The notes beneath the pieces are model-generated. The model saw only the letters and a program-made list of their open reading frames with translations, was not told the DNA's origin and did not search any database. This document shows, in pieces, positions 11,014 to 22,290 of a stretch of DNA of 64,000 nucleotides; the first letter of the stretch is position 1; every line of letters begins with the position of its first letter. Origin of the DNA: Camelus ferus (Eukaryota); assembly GCF_009834535.1 (NCBI RefSeq), contig NC_045705.1, positions 31,744,001 through 31,808,000 of the forward strand, given 5' to 3'. The position numbers and the translations under genes were made by a program.

Positions 11014-11931
11014 ATGGACCAAAGGAGGAATGTGACTGAGTTTGTCCTCTTGGGGCTCACTCAAAGCCCCCAGGGTCAGAAAATATTATTTGCTGTGTTC
11101 TTGCTCATCTACATGGTGACAATGGTGGGCAACCTACTCATTGCTGTGACTATAGTGGTCAGTCCAACCCTGAGTTCCCCTATGTACTTCTTTCTTGGTT
11201 ATTTATCATTCATGGATGCTCTTTATTCTAATACAATCACCCGAAATATGATTATACACTTACTCAGTGAGAAGAAAACCATTTCATTTCAAGCCTGCAT
11301 GACCCAGCTTTTTACATGGCACTTTTTTGGTGGTGCTGAGGTTTGCCTCCTGGTGGTCATGGCTTATGACCGCTACGTGGCCATCTGCAAACCTTTGCAT
11401 TATTCCACAATCATGAATAAGAGAGTGTGTGTTCTGCTGCTGCTATTGGCCTGTGTTGGTGGGTTTTTACATGCCGTAGGTCAACTTTTCTTTGTTTACA
11501 ACCTTCCCTTCTGTGGTCCCAATGTCATTGACCACTTCGTCTGTGACATGTACCCTTTGTTAAAACTTGCCTGCACTGACACCTACATTATTGGTCTCAC
11601 TGTGGTTGCCAATGATGGGGCAATCTGTGTGGTCATCTTTATGCTCTTACTCATCTCCTATGGGGTCATCCTGAACTCCCTGAAGAATCTTAGCCCAGAA
11701 GGGAGGTGCAAAGCCTTGTCCACCTGTGGCTCCCACATTACTGTGGTGGTCCTCTTCTTTGTCCCCTGTATCTTTATGTATGTGAGACCTCCTTCTACCT
11801 TACCCATTGATAAGTCCTTGACTGTGTTTTACACCATTATCACTCCTATGTTGAATCCTCTAATCTATACTCTGAGAAATGGAGAGATGAAACATGCCAT
11901 GAAAAAGCTCTGGACCAGAAAAAGTACATGA
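11014..11931 (+). CDS. Olfactory receptor family 4, OR4A-like (305 aa), open frame but with several atypical substitutions
   Basis: Full ORF with [32 protein letters not shown] and PMLNPLIY motifs. [10 protein letters not shown] and YGVIL.SLKNLS resemble OR4A genes. Acceptor TTTACAG ends at 10969. Confidence 0.92.
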   Translation: MDQRRNVTEFVLLGLTQSPQGQKILFAVFLLIYMVTMVGNLLIAVTIVVSPTLSSPMYFFLGYLSFMDALYSNTITRNMIIHLLSEKKTISFQACMTQLFTWHFFGGAEVCLLVVMAYDRYVAICKPLHYSTIMNKRVCVLLLLLACVGGFLHAVGQLFFVYNLPFCGPNVIDHFVCDMYPLLKLACTDTYIIGLTVVANDGAICVVIFMLLLISYGVILNSLKNLSPEGRCKALSTCGSHITVVVLFFVPCIFMYVRPPSTLPIDKSLTVFYTIITPMLNPLIYTLRNGEMKHAMKKLWTRKST

Positions 11932-13317
11932 AGCAGCAAGGATATATATGTCATCTATTTTCAAAGAAGAATTTTTCTTTCCAAAAAACGTATATGTAAT
12001 TATTGAACTGCAGTAAACTTCTCTTCAGATTTAGTAAATTGGATGTGATGAAAAACATTTATTTTGTGAATACTTGCAATGATCAAAATATACTATTAAA
12101 ATCTGCATAATTTTATAGTTCAATACATATGTATATATTGTTTGAAATACATTTTTAAGATTTTCAGTTTCTTAATTTTGGGTGTAAATGTCTCTATTGA
12201 GAACATAGATTTATGTACTATATGATAAGTTAAGCTACATTTAATACTGTAAATTTATTTTAGTTAATGGAAGATTTTCTCTTGTTACTCTTCAGTAATA
12301 TAATCTTTCTCATAATTAATAGGACTCATTATAGCTTAAAAAATAATAGAGATATAACATAAAATGTCATTCACTCTCTTTCCCTAAAGACAACTTATGC
12401 TAACATTGAGGTACATATAATATTTTTGAGCCTGCAAGACCTTTTGCACGTACTATTTTGTTTATATTGCTTAGCAAGTTAACATTGAAGCAAAATGATG
12501 TTTCAGTTGTAATGCTAATCATAAGGTGGTTAAGTTAATAAAAATTATCTGAATGAACAAGGTTCATTCAATGCAGAAAAATAAACAAATCTTACTTCTT
12601 TTCCCAGTTGCATAATCATATTATCTGTTCAAGTGGAGCAGATATGTCTGGCCATATATTTTCATTAAGATCAACCATTAATCTTCCCAGATAGTTTAGA
12701 ATATCTGGGAACACATCTGCTCTTTTTCAATATCCCCAACTCCTCTTTTGCTTACAGTGTTTCATAGCCTTCTATAGAGATGCAGGCTCTGCCTTCCATG
12801 TGTAAATTTAGTATAAACCATAATCCACAAGCTTCAAACACTAACTACAGAACTTGACATCAGATGTTATGGGTGATACTGTTAAGGAAGATGTTGACTA
12901 TATATACCATCTTATCTATCTTATTAATGAAATACTGATTACTAGATAATAAAGAGGCCAGAATATATTGGGGTTTTTGACAGACATATTCATAAAATAG
13001 TCTCTCGCTCTGAATCAGTGATGCAATAAAATATTATCTGCCTCTAAATGGTCAATAGAATGTGGTCAAAAAAGCTTACTATTCTACTTCCAATTTTTAA
13101 TCTTGATTTATAAGGGGATAAGTCTTTGGGGCAACGGATGGTTTTTATTAGTAAGTCACAATGTATGAGAAACCTTATGTTCTGAATTTTATACTTGTTA
13201 AGTGGAGATTTTTTATATCGTCTCAAAGTCTTTTCAACTACAATACTATCCTCCCAAAATATCAAACATTTGAGTTGATCAGATTTTATGTAATTTATTC
13301 TTTCACTGTTAGATGTT

Positions 13318-13670
13318 TCTATGGAGTGAGAGTTGCATCCCTCTCCAAAATCAGAAGTTAAATCACTTATAATGAGGTGATATTTAGAGATGGAACGATT
13401 AGGAAATGATTAGGTCATGAAGGTGGAGTCCTCATCATTGAGATTAATTTCCTTTTAAAGAGATCCCAAAGCTCACTTGACCATTCCGCCATGTGAAGAC
13501 ACTGCAAAACAGCAACTGTCTATCAACAGGGAAGGGGCCTTACCAGATATGCAATCTGCTGGCACCTTAATCTTGGACTTTTGAATCCCCAAACCTGTGA
13601 AAAATAAATGTTTATTATTTAAACAACCCAGTCTATGGTATTCTTTATTAGTAACCAAATGGACCAAGTC
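13318..13670 (+). mobile_element. MaLR LTR, MLT1A-like
   Basis: Typical text: gattaggtcatgaaggtggagtcctcat...gccatgtgaagacac...ctgctggcaccttaatcttggactt...aataaatgtttattatttaaacaacccagtctatggtattc. Confidence 0.85.
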
Positions 13671-15139
13671 AGATATTTAGTTAATTTTCAAATTTTTGTA
13701 GTTATTTCAATTGATGAGATTAAAGTCTTTATTAATTTTGTCTGTTCATTGGTCTACAATCTCCCTGAAGTCATGGAAATTTTCTTAATTGTCTTTGTGT
13801 TCTCTGTTTCTTGAACAATATAGGGGACCCAGAATCCACTCTATAGGCTTTGTCAATTACTTAAAATCTTGATCTATTGAAGTGAGTGTATTTTACAGAT
13901 AAATATTGATTAACACACTCTACATTGAAGATATATATATATATTTATATATATATCTTTATATATTTTATGTATCTTTATATATAAATATATATAATAT
14001 TGCTACAAATATTTACTCTTCTTTGACATTTACTACAAATATTTAAAATAATTATGTCTTTTTTTCCTATAATTATGAATGTTTTATATGAAGATCTTAT
14101 TTTAATATTCTTTTACTTTTTGATTTTTTTCTATTACATCTTGGTCAATTTCATAACTTTCTAATGATTTTATCAATTTTAATCTTTTTTCAAAAATATA
14201 ACCTTTAAAAATATTTTATATTTTTAACCCACCTATAATATATTTTTGTTTATGATGAGGAAATAGCTAAGCCTAAATGGTATAATAATCTGCCAACATA
14301 ATTTTATTAATTTCAGTAACAATTTTAAAGTTTTCTATTTAGTACAACAAATTTTACACCATCAAGAGTGCTCATTTTGGGGGACCACTCTCCTCATCCT
14401 CTCCTCCTCCCCCAAAACTATAGGGTCATTTTGCAAAGTTTGAAAGCTTCCCATAAAATGTGTTTAGAATGTCATGACACTACATGTTTATTGTAAGAAC
14501 TACATTTTAATATCTTGTGTTCCAATCCAGAAAAAAAAAACACATTGTGAATGATTGATTGGTGTCTCTATAAAAATTTGTAATCATCTTCACAGAGTAT
14601 ATATGCATCTTGCCTTATGGTTTTATTATTTAAAAAGAGGCCCCTCTTATTTACATTTGATTCATATTTTCAATGATCTGGTCAGAAAGGTCTTTGTGTC
14701 TTTTTCTAGCATGAAATACCGCACAATCCTCAAAGTCTCAGTCATGTGTCTGTTTTGAAGCATTCATAGCCCTGTATGCACAAATACACAGGTTTGTATT
14801 ACACCACAACTCAGATCTGTATCAAACCTCATGAGAATCTCTGTGACCACTTGTACATAGACTTTCAATCATATGTAGGTCTCTATCCAATTGTATGTTT
14901 GTGCCTAGGTGTGAAGACACATAGATCTGTATATGATGGCACATAGATCAGTATCTGACTACCTATCTGAAAGCATTTGTTTATGTACATGTATATGTAT
15001 CTGATGTGCTCACACACAGGCCTGCATCTGTCCACACACAGGGCTATTTTGCCTTTCACTGATCTGTAACTGACAGTATATGAATTTAGGCAGAACTTGA
15101 CTAAATAATTCTTCTGCCCTGTATGGCATGGACTGAGGT

Positions 15140-15410
15140 CACTCTCTGGCATTCAGCTGATTGCTGGGCTTGTAAGGAGGGTCCAAGATGATTTCAATTC
15201 TCTGAATGGTGCTTTGGCAGGGATGGCTGCAAGACTGGGCTCTTTTGGGTTGTTTTCCTTCTCCATATGATATAAGACAATGTGGCCTATGTCTGCCCAG
15301 TGTGGTTGTCAGACATGTAAAAGGGCAGCTCAGGGCACCCAGAGGGAAGAGGAAAAAGCTATCAGGTATCCTAAGTCTCATCCCATCATGACGTCAGCTT
15401 GAAGTCCAGG
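15140..15410. mobile_element. Old MLT1 (H/J/K-like) LTR fragment; paralogue at about 45660-45940
   Basis: ggagggtccaagatgatttc...gtgctttggcagggatggctgcaagactgggct resembles old MLT1 LTRs. Confidence 0.5.
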
Positions 15411-15429
15411 ATCTCCAGCTCTAAATCAA

Positions 15430-15956
15430 CACTGCTTCTACACATTGAAGGAAACAATCAACAAGATGAAAAAGTAACCTATGGGATGGGAGAAAATATT
15501 TGCAAATCATATATTTCATAGTAAGTTAATATCTAAAATATATAAAGAACTACAACTAAATAACAACATCAAAAATAAATAATAAAAGTGGGTAAAAACC
15601 TTGAATAGGTATTTTTCAAACAAATAGGTACTTTTCATACAAATGGCCAATATGGACATTAGAAGTTGCTCAACATCACTAATCAACAGGGAAATGCAAA
15701 TCAGAATTAAACTGAGGCATCACCTTACACCTGTTAGGATGGTTATATGAGATACATAGCAGACAATACATTTTGGCGAGGATGTAGTGAAATGGAACTC
15801 TACTATACTACCATGTGAATATAAATTTGTTCAGCCACTATGGAGAACATAATGGAGATTTCTAAAAATATTAAAAATAAAACTACCATATGGTTCAGCA
15901 ATCTCATGTCTGTGTATATATCCAGTAATATGACAGCAGGAATCTGCAGAGCGATC
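15430..15956 (+). mobile_element. L1 ORF2 3' fragment (L1M-type), ending at an assembly gap
   Basis: gggagaaaatatttgcaaatcatat...atcactaatcaacagggaaatgcaaatc...cagccactatggagaac. Confidence 0.85.
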
Positions 15957-16103
15957 NNNNNNNNNNNNNNNNNNNNNNNNNNNNNNNNNNNNNNNNNNNN
16001 NNNNNNNNNNNNNNNNNNNNNNNNNNNNNNNNNNNNNNNNNNNNNNNNNNNNNNNNNNNNNNNNNNNNNNNNNNNNNNNNNNNNNNNNNNNNNNNNNNNN
16101 NNN
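15957..16103. other. Assembly gap (147 N)
   Basis: Run of N in the sequence. Confidence 1.
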
Positions 16104-16149
16104 AAAGTATACCTTAATTCAAAAACTAGTTTGTTTTTTTTTTTCTGGA

Positions 16150-16572
16150 TGGAGACATAAGGGAGACACTAATAATGGCTACAGAAATTTATGAACTGTT
16201 TGTAGAAAGGGAGCCCTGAAAAAGGAATTTTGTGCTTCTTCAGGCTGAAATTAGATTAAATTCAATTAGGAGACTGGATTTTTCAATTAAAAGTAGGCTG
16301 GCACAGGTGCTAGGTTTGATTCCTCTCTGTTGAGAGATTAAATGGACTTAAATGCTGCTTTTGGGTAACAGGTTGTGTGAACTTCCTTGCCTCTAAGTGA
16401 TCTGCATTTGCTTTTGAAATCTTTTGCACTTTCCTTAAGTGAATACATATTCACAGTGACCTATGCTCCTATTTGACCAAGTGTTTTGAAACTTCTGGAT
16501 GGTATTGACACTTTCTGTCAAATTCTAATTAAAGCTCTTTGGACTTTCAGTTGACTTTGCGATGCTTCAGAA
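16150..16572 (+). mobile_element. ERV1 internal non-coding fragment (MER4-group-like)
   Basis: tctgcatttgcttttgaaatctttt...cacagtgacctatgctcctatttgaccaagtgttttgaaac...caaattctaattaaag resembles class I ERV internal AT-rich sequence as I recall it; not confirmed by search. Confidence 0.5.
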
Positions 16573-19500
16573 AGCCGTCCTGACTGGTGTGAGTTGATAC
16601 CTCATTGCAGTTTTGATTTGCATTTCTTCGATAATTAGTGATATTGAGCATTTTTTCATGTGCCTCTTGGTCATTTGTACTTCTTCATTGGAGAATTGCT
16701 TGTTTAGATCTTCTGCCCATTTTTGAGTTTTTTTTTTTTTATTAAGTTGTATGTGCTGTTTATATATTCTGGATATTAAGCCTTTGTCAGTCGCATAATT
16801 TGCAAATATTTTCTCTCATTCTGTGGGTTGTCATTTTGTTTTGCTCATGGTATCTTTTGCTGTGCAAAAGCTTATAAATGTATAGGTCCCTTTTGTTTAT
16901 TTTTGCTCTTATTTCTATTGCCTGGGAGGACTGGCCTAGGAGACCATTGCTAAGATTTATGTCAGAGAATGTTTTGCCTATGTTTTCTTTTAGGAGATTT
17001 ATTGTGTCTTGTCTTATATTTAAGTCTTTAAGCCATTTTGAATTTATTTTTGTGTGTGGTGTGAGGGAGTGTTCTAACTTCATTGATTTAAATGCTGCTA
17101 TTTAGTTTTCCCAACACCACATACTGAAGAGACTGTATTCTCCATTGTATATTCTTGCCTCCTTTGTCAAAGATTAATTGACCATAGGTCTGTAGGTTTA
17201 TTTCTGGGCTCTCTATTTTGTTCCATTGATCCATATGTTGGTTTTTATGCCAACATTATGCCATTTTGATTACTGTAGCTCTGTAGTATTGTCTGAAATC
17301 TAGGAGGGTTATTCCTCCAGCTTCATTCTTTTTCTTCAATATTGCTTTGGCAATTCTGGGTCTTTCATGATTCCATAAAAACTTCAGGATTGTTTGCTCC
17401 AGTTCTGTGAAAATGCCCTGGGTAATTTGATAGGCATTGCATTAAATCTGTAGATTGCCTTGGGCAGTGTGACCATTTTAATGATAGTGATTCTTCCAAT
17501 ACAAGAGCATGGGATATCTTTCCATTTCCTTAAGTCAACATTAATTTCCTTAATATATGTTTTGTAGTTCTCCATGTATAAGTCTTTCACCTCCTTGGTC
17601 AGATTTATTCCTAAGTATTTTATTGTTTTGGATGCAATTTTAACAGGAATTTTTCTTTACTTTCTTTTCCTTCTAATTCATTGTTTGAGTGAAGAAATGC
17701 AATTCATTATTGTATGTTAATTTTGTATCCTGCTATATTGCCAAATTATTTTATCAGCTCTAGTAGTTTTTGTGTGGAGCTTTTAGAGTTTTCTACATAC
17801 AGTGTCATATCATCCACATATAGTGACAATGTTATCTCTTCTCTTCCAATTTGAATTCCTTTTATTTCTTTTTCTTGCCTGATTTCTGTGACTAGGACTT
17901 CCAGTACTATGTTGAATAGAAGTGGTGAGAGTGGGCATCCTTTTCTTGTTTCAGATTTTAGTGAGAAGCCTTTAAGTTTTTCACCATTAAGTATTATGCT
18001 GGCTGTAGGTTTGTTATAAATAGCTTTTATTATGTTGACATATGTTCCCTCTATACCCACTTTGGTTAAGTGTTTTTTTAATCATAAATGGGTGTTGAAT
18101 TTTATCAAATGCTTTTTTTTTGCATCTATTGAGATGATCATGAGGATTTTGTCCTTTCTTTTTTGGATATAGTGTCTCACATTGATTGATTTGTGTATGA
18201 AAGGATGTTTTTTATTTTTAAGGCGATGCATTCTTGTGTAAACTGCACACCTAATAATTGTGTAATGAGGTTTTTTTTTAGTATGGATGTTGCCATGTCT
18301 TTCTTCCATATGTGTTGGCTGTTATTCCTTTGATTGTGGGTGTGGGAAGTGTTCTGGCCAGAACATTCCCTGATTATTGAGTGGGGACTCCTTTTTGTTC
18401 TGTGGCTCTCATGGCTCTGACAGGGGCCAGATCTTTCCCCCTTTTGGTGGAATGGAGGCTTCCAGACCTGTCTCTGAGCTGTGCTGTGTAGCTGGCAGTG
18501 TTGGAGTCCTTTAAGTACTCTTTGTTGACTCTGCCCTTGTCCCTGCTTTGTCTGCAGGAATGTCAGTGCTCTGCTCTGGCGTCCTCCAGGTTCTCTGCTC
18601 TCAGTGCTACAAGCACAGTTTTGCCAACTTCTGCGTGCACACCTGGATCGTGGCGCACTGTCAGGTCAGCACCATCCCCAGCACCAAACACTCATCCTGC
18701 ACTTGCCCTGCTGCTTGATCTCTGCTTGCTAGACTTAGAGGCCTGCACTGGCAGGGCCCCAGCCCTCAGTGACTGCGTGTTGGTGCCGCTGTGTCAGTGC
18801 CGTCCCCAGCACCAAACACCACCCCTGTTCTCACCCCATTGTGCAATCCCTGCTTTCTCATTCCAGAGACCCACAGGATGAGCCACCAGGTCAATGCTGT
18901 CCCCAGTGCCACATCTGCACATGTAGGTGGGCTCACAGTAAATGGCCACACCAGCCTTTTCCCCACGTGTGCCAGAACTCCACTTTTTGCTCATTTGTCT
19001 TAGAGGCATGGGTCCACAAAGGCACCTGTGGAGCAAAGGAGTCCTCTCTGCCTGGGGTTGTAAACAAATCTCAGTCCTGTCTATGAAGCTGAGGAGCCCC
19101 TGGGTACAGATTCAGGTTTCAATCCCACCTCGGCCTGGGACCCGCGACCAGTGAATATGGTGGCCATGGATAAGCCCTGCCTCTCTTCTCCCAAGAACAT
19201 GCCAGTGATGCTGCCGTGGGTCTGTGGGGACAAAGCTATGACACAGCTGCATCGCACCCTACTTCTCCCCACAATGTGCACCAGTAGTGTTGCTTTCTTT
19301 CTTTCTTCTTTTATTTTTAATGGGGGACACATGCTATTCTGTTCTGTATACCCTCCAGGCCACAGCACATGAGGCTGCCTCTGTGCAGTCAGCCCCACTC
19401 CTCCCCCTGGCTCAGGCAGCCAGTCCCGGCCCACCCCTGCCAGCTGGTGTCTAGGGCTGAGGGTCCCAGGGACCCTTTGTGCTGGTTTTACTTGGTTCTG

Positions 19501-19841
19501 TTGGCCAAGGGCTGCTGTGCACAGATCCAAGCCTCAGAGGTTACCCCTGTGTCCCTGCTGACCTCTCCATTGGAGAGGGGGAGTCCCAGCATAAGAGAGC
19601 TATTTCTCCTTTGCTGCTTCCTCCCCGTGGGACAGGTTGTGCACTAATTTCCTGGTTCTTCTTCTTTTTTTATCCTGCCAGACTTGTGACAAATTTTGTC
19701 TTTTGAAGAAGGCGATGTTCTGTCAAAGTTCAGCAGGTGTTCCGAGTGGACGGGTGGGTCCCTGGATGTCTCTCTCGGTGTGTTCACGGGAGAGGGTGAG
19801 CTAAGAGCATCCTTCTGCTCTGCGATCTTGTCTACCCCCCC
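16573..19841 (-). mobile_element. L1 with its 5'UTR (about 18200-19841) fused directly to the ORF2 RT region (16573-18200); ORF1, the EN domain and the 3' end are missing
   Basis: Minus-strand ORF2 peptides [28 protein letters not shown] (RT active-site motif), [10 protein letters not shown]-like, KLEHSLTPHTKINSKW. The 5' end (rc ggggggtagacaagatcgcagagcagaaggatgctcttagctcaccctctccc) is typical of cetartiodactyl L1 5'UTR starts; the UTR is GC-rich. Confidence 0.85.
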
Positions 19842-19861
19842 TAAGCTAAGCTACTTTTAAA

Positions 19862-20330
19862 TTTATATCCATTCAATATTGTTTCTTAAGCACCTACTAG
19901 GTGACCAACGATGCTCTACCCTAGCATGAGCAAATAAACATAACTCCTGACCTCACAGGGATTGCCACCTTGTGGGGAAAACAGAGGAAATAAAAGTCAG
20001 CAAAAAACTTAGGTTAGTTTGTGACTGTTGATATTCAGGATGTAACCAGATGAAGAGAATAACTGAGGGGAGCTAGAGAAAGTCATCAGGAAAGATTCAT
20101 CTAAGAAGGTGGAGGTTCAACTGAAAGTGGAAATAGTGAGATTTGGACAGGCAAGGGAAAACTCTGGAAAAAAGCAGGCCAGCAGTGAGCTGCATAAGGA
20201 ACACAAAGCCCAGAACTGAGACATACTTGAATTATTCAAAAAGCAGGTTAAAAAAGGAGAGACAGAGACAGAGAAATGTACTGGAGATGTGGGCAGTAAC
20301 ATGATCTTAACCTGACTCACATGACTAAAA
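19862..20330. mobile_element. L2 LINE fragment
   Basis: cattcaatattgtttcttaagcacctactaggtgacc...ctcctgacctcacaggga...aggaaagattcatctaagaaggtggaggttcaactga. Confidence 0.7.
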
Positions 20331-20430
20331 GCTGCCATTGGCTGCTGTGTCCTCAAAGGATTGGAATAAATTGGAATGGGGAGAACAAAATCTCACTGTC
20401 CTTCAGGAAAGATTTGTTCTAGCATATAAG

Positions 20431-21360
20431 TTAATGACCACACAAGGTCCCTTGCTTCATCCACAGCTTCCTCATGGCATTTTTCACCTCCGTGTTCCTC
20501 AAGGTGTAGATCAAGGGATTTAACATGGGTGCAACAATGGTAAAGGACACAGCCATTGCTTTTTCTATGGGGTAAGTGATCACAGGCCTCACATACAAGA
20601 AAATGCACGACACAAAGAACAAGATGACCACCATGAGGTGGGAGCCACAGGTGGAGAGAGCTTTATGCCATCCTTCAGAGCTGCAGGACTTCAGTGAGCA
20701 GAGGATGACCATGTAGGAGGTGATGAGGATAAGGAAGATGGCCAGACACATCACCCCACTGTTGAGGATGACCAAGAGGCCCAGGATGTGGGTGTCCATG
20801 CAGGCCAGTTTCAACAATGGAAACAAATCACACATAAAGTGATCAATGACATTGGGGCCACAGAAGGGTATCTGATATATAAATAGAAGCTGTATAACTG
20901 CGTGGAAAAGTCCCCCCAGCCAGGCCCCTCCCAGCAACAGGCAGCACACCCGAGGCCTCATGATGGTCATGTAGTGCAGGGGCTTACAGATGGCCACGTA
21001 GAGGTCATAGGCCATGACAAAGAGAAGGATGATCCCCACTCCACCAAACAAATGATCTGCAAAGAGCTGGGCTGTGCAGCCTTTGAGGGAGATGGTAATG
21101 CTCTCAGAGAGGGAGTCCACAATCATCTTGGGGGCGATGACAGAAGAGAAGGTTGTATCCATGAGGGACAAGGAGGTAAGGAAAAAATACATAGGTGATC
21201 TCAGACTCTGATCTGTGACCATGGTTACCACAATGAGGAGGTTTCCCAAGACGGTGGACACATACATGATTAGAAACACAGCAGAGAGTATTCTCCTCAG
21301 CTCTGGATTCTTTGTAATGCCCAAAAGGATGAATTCAGTCACATTGTTGGGATTCTTCAT
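20431..21360 (-). CDS. OR4C6: Olfactory receptor 4C6-like (309 aa), open frame but DRY changed to DLY
   Basis: Close to human OR4C6 as I recall it ([59 protein letters not shown]). The symbol means ortholog-like. Confidence 0.9.
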   Translation of the reverse strand: MKNPNNVTEFILLGITKNPELRRILSAVFLIMYVSTVLGNLLIVVTMVTDQSLRSPMYFFLTSLSLMDTTFSSVIAPKMIVDSLSESITISLKGCTAQLFADHLFGGVGIILLFVMAYDLYVAICKPLHYMTIMRPRVCCLLLGGAWLGGLFHAVIQLLFIYQIPFCGPNVIDHFMCDLFPLLKLACMDTHILGLLVILNSGVMCLAIFLILITSYMVILCSLKSCSSEGWHKALSTCGSHLMVVILFFVSCIFLYVRPVITYPIEKAMAVSFTIVAPMLNPLIYTLRNTEVKNAMRKLWMKQGTLCGH

Positions 21361-22139
21361 TTACTGTGGGCTGATGTAAACTTATCGGTCTGAGCTGGAA
21401 AATCTACAAAGAACGTTACTTTTAATTAGGTATAGCTGAAAGTGTTGGACTTTTTCTTTCTTTTTCACTCTGTCTCATACCCTCTTGTCCTATCTTTTTA
21501 CCTGGACATCAACTCAGCAACCAGTTGATAACAATTATATCCTGAGAACAGCTTGATTCTACTAATCCATCCAATATCTTCTATCTCCAGTGTATATCTA
21601 GCTTTCCTTCCTGACACTTGTTGCTTAAGACACTTAGAAGACCCTTCTTCATCACTCTGGTGCAAGCACATACCTGGCAATATGAATAATTAGCACATCT
21701 CAAGGAAATCCTAGATCATTAGTAGACAGGAGCCAGTGGATAAATGGTAAGCAACTTACTATAATCTTAGATTCACTATCTTTCCTTCCCTGTTTCACTC
21801 TCCCCCATTCACTACCTCCCTTTTGTTTTCCAAAATGAACCACCTTCACTCAATCCCTTCTCTCAGCCACTGTCTTTCAGGAGCCCCAAGCTAAGAGTCT
21901 GACCTTCATTTATCACTAGACACACCTAATAACCAAGAGCTTGAAACAATTCATCTCATTTCATTTATTTATTTCATATAATTATCAATCACCAAAAATA
22001 TGCTAATTGAAGATCTTACAAGACAGATAGGTCATATTCCAAGGACTCTTCACTTATTAAGTACTATACTCTTTCCATCTACATTTCTCCCCCTCAAATT
22101 GGAATATTATTATTACTGTGAATATTCAATCAATCCCTA

Positions 22140-22290
22140 CTCTTTACCAAGCACTGGAATAGTCTATGAGACAGTTTCTTCATTTTAGAGATGACACTGA
22201 GTCAAAAAGTCATGAAAAAAAATGAAACCACATTCCCACAGCTAGTAAATATTGAAGCCAAGTTCAAGTCCAGCTTTTCCTGACTCAAAA
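22140..22290. mobile_element. MIR SINE
   Basis: cattttagagatgacactgagtc...cacagctagtaaatattgaagccaagttcaagtccagcttttcctgactc. Confidence 0.6.

Larger units (their letters stand above)
13100..15956 (+). repeat. Gene-less paralogous block B (MLT1A, TA microsatellite, MLT1-like LTR, L1 piece); inverted copy of the far-upstream region of OR4C copies 3 and 4
   Basis: Reverse-complement matches: 13100-13680 vs 47880-48440, 14555-14750 vs 46860-47050 and 54840-55020, 14770-15120 vs 45950-46290, 15430-15950 vs 45130-45640. Confidence 0.85.

Noticed and set aside
13925-14000. TA/TATG microsatellites (also about 47580-47655 and 55490-55610) as an array-like system
   Set aside because: These are ordinary simple repeats at paralogous positions of block B. 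There is no repeat-spacer structure, and CRISPR is not applicable here.
18190-18215. Spliced-L1 (SpIRE) explanation for the UTR-ORF2 fusion
   Set aside because: The ORF2 side of the junction is not preceded by AG in the L1 consensus as I recall it; deletion or template switch is preferred.
18498-19706. Dense cluster of 60-150 aa ORFs on both strands
   Set aside because: It lies in the GC-rich L1 5'UTR, where stops are rare; there are no recognisable domains. An ORF0-like product cannot be supported by eye.
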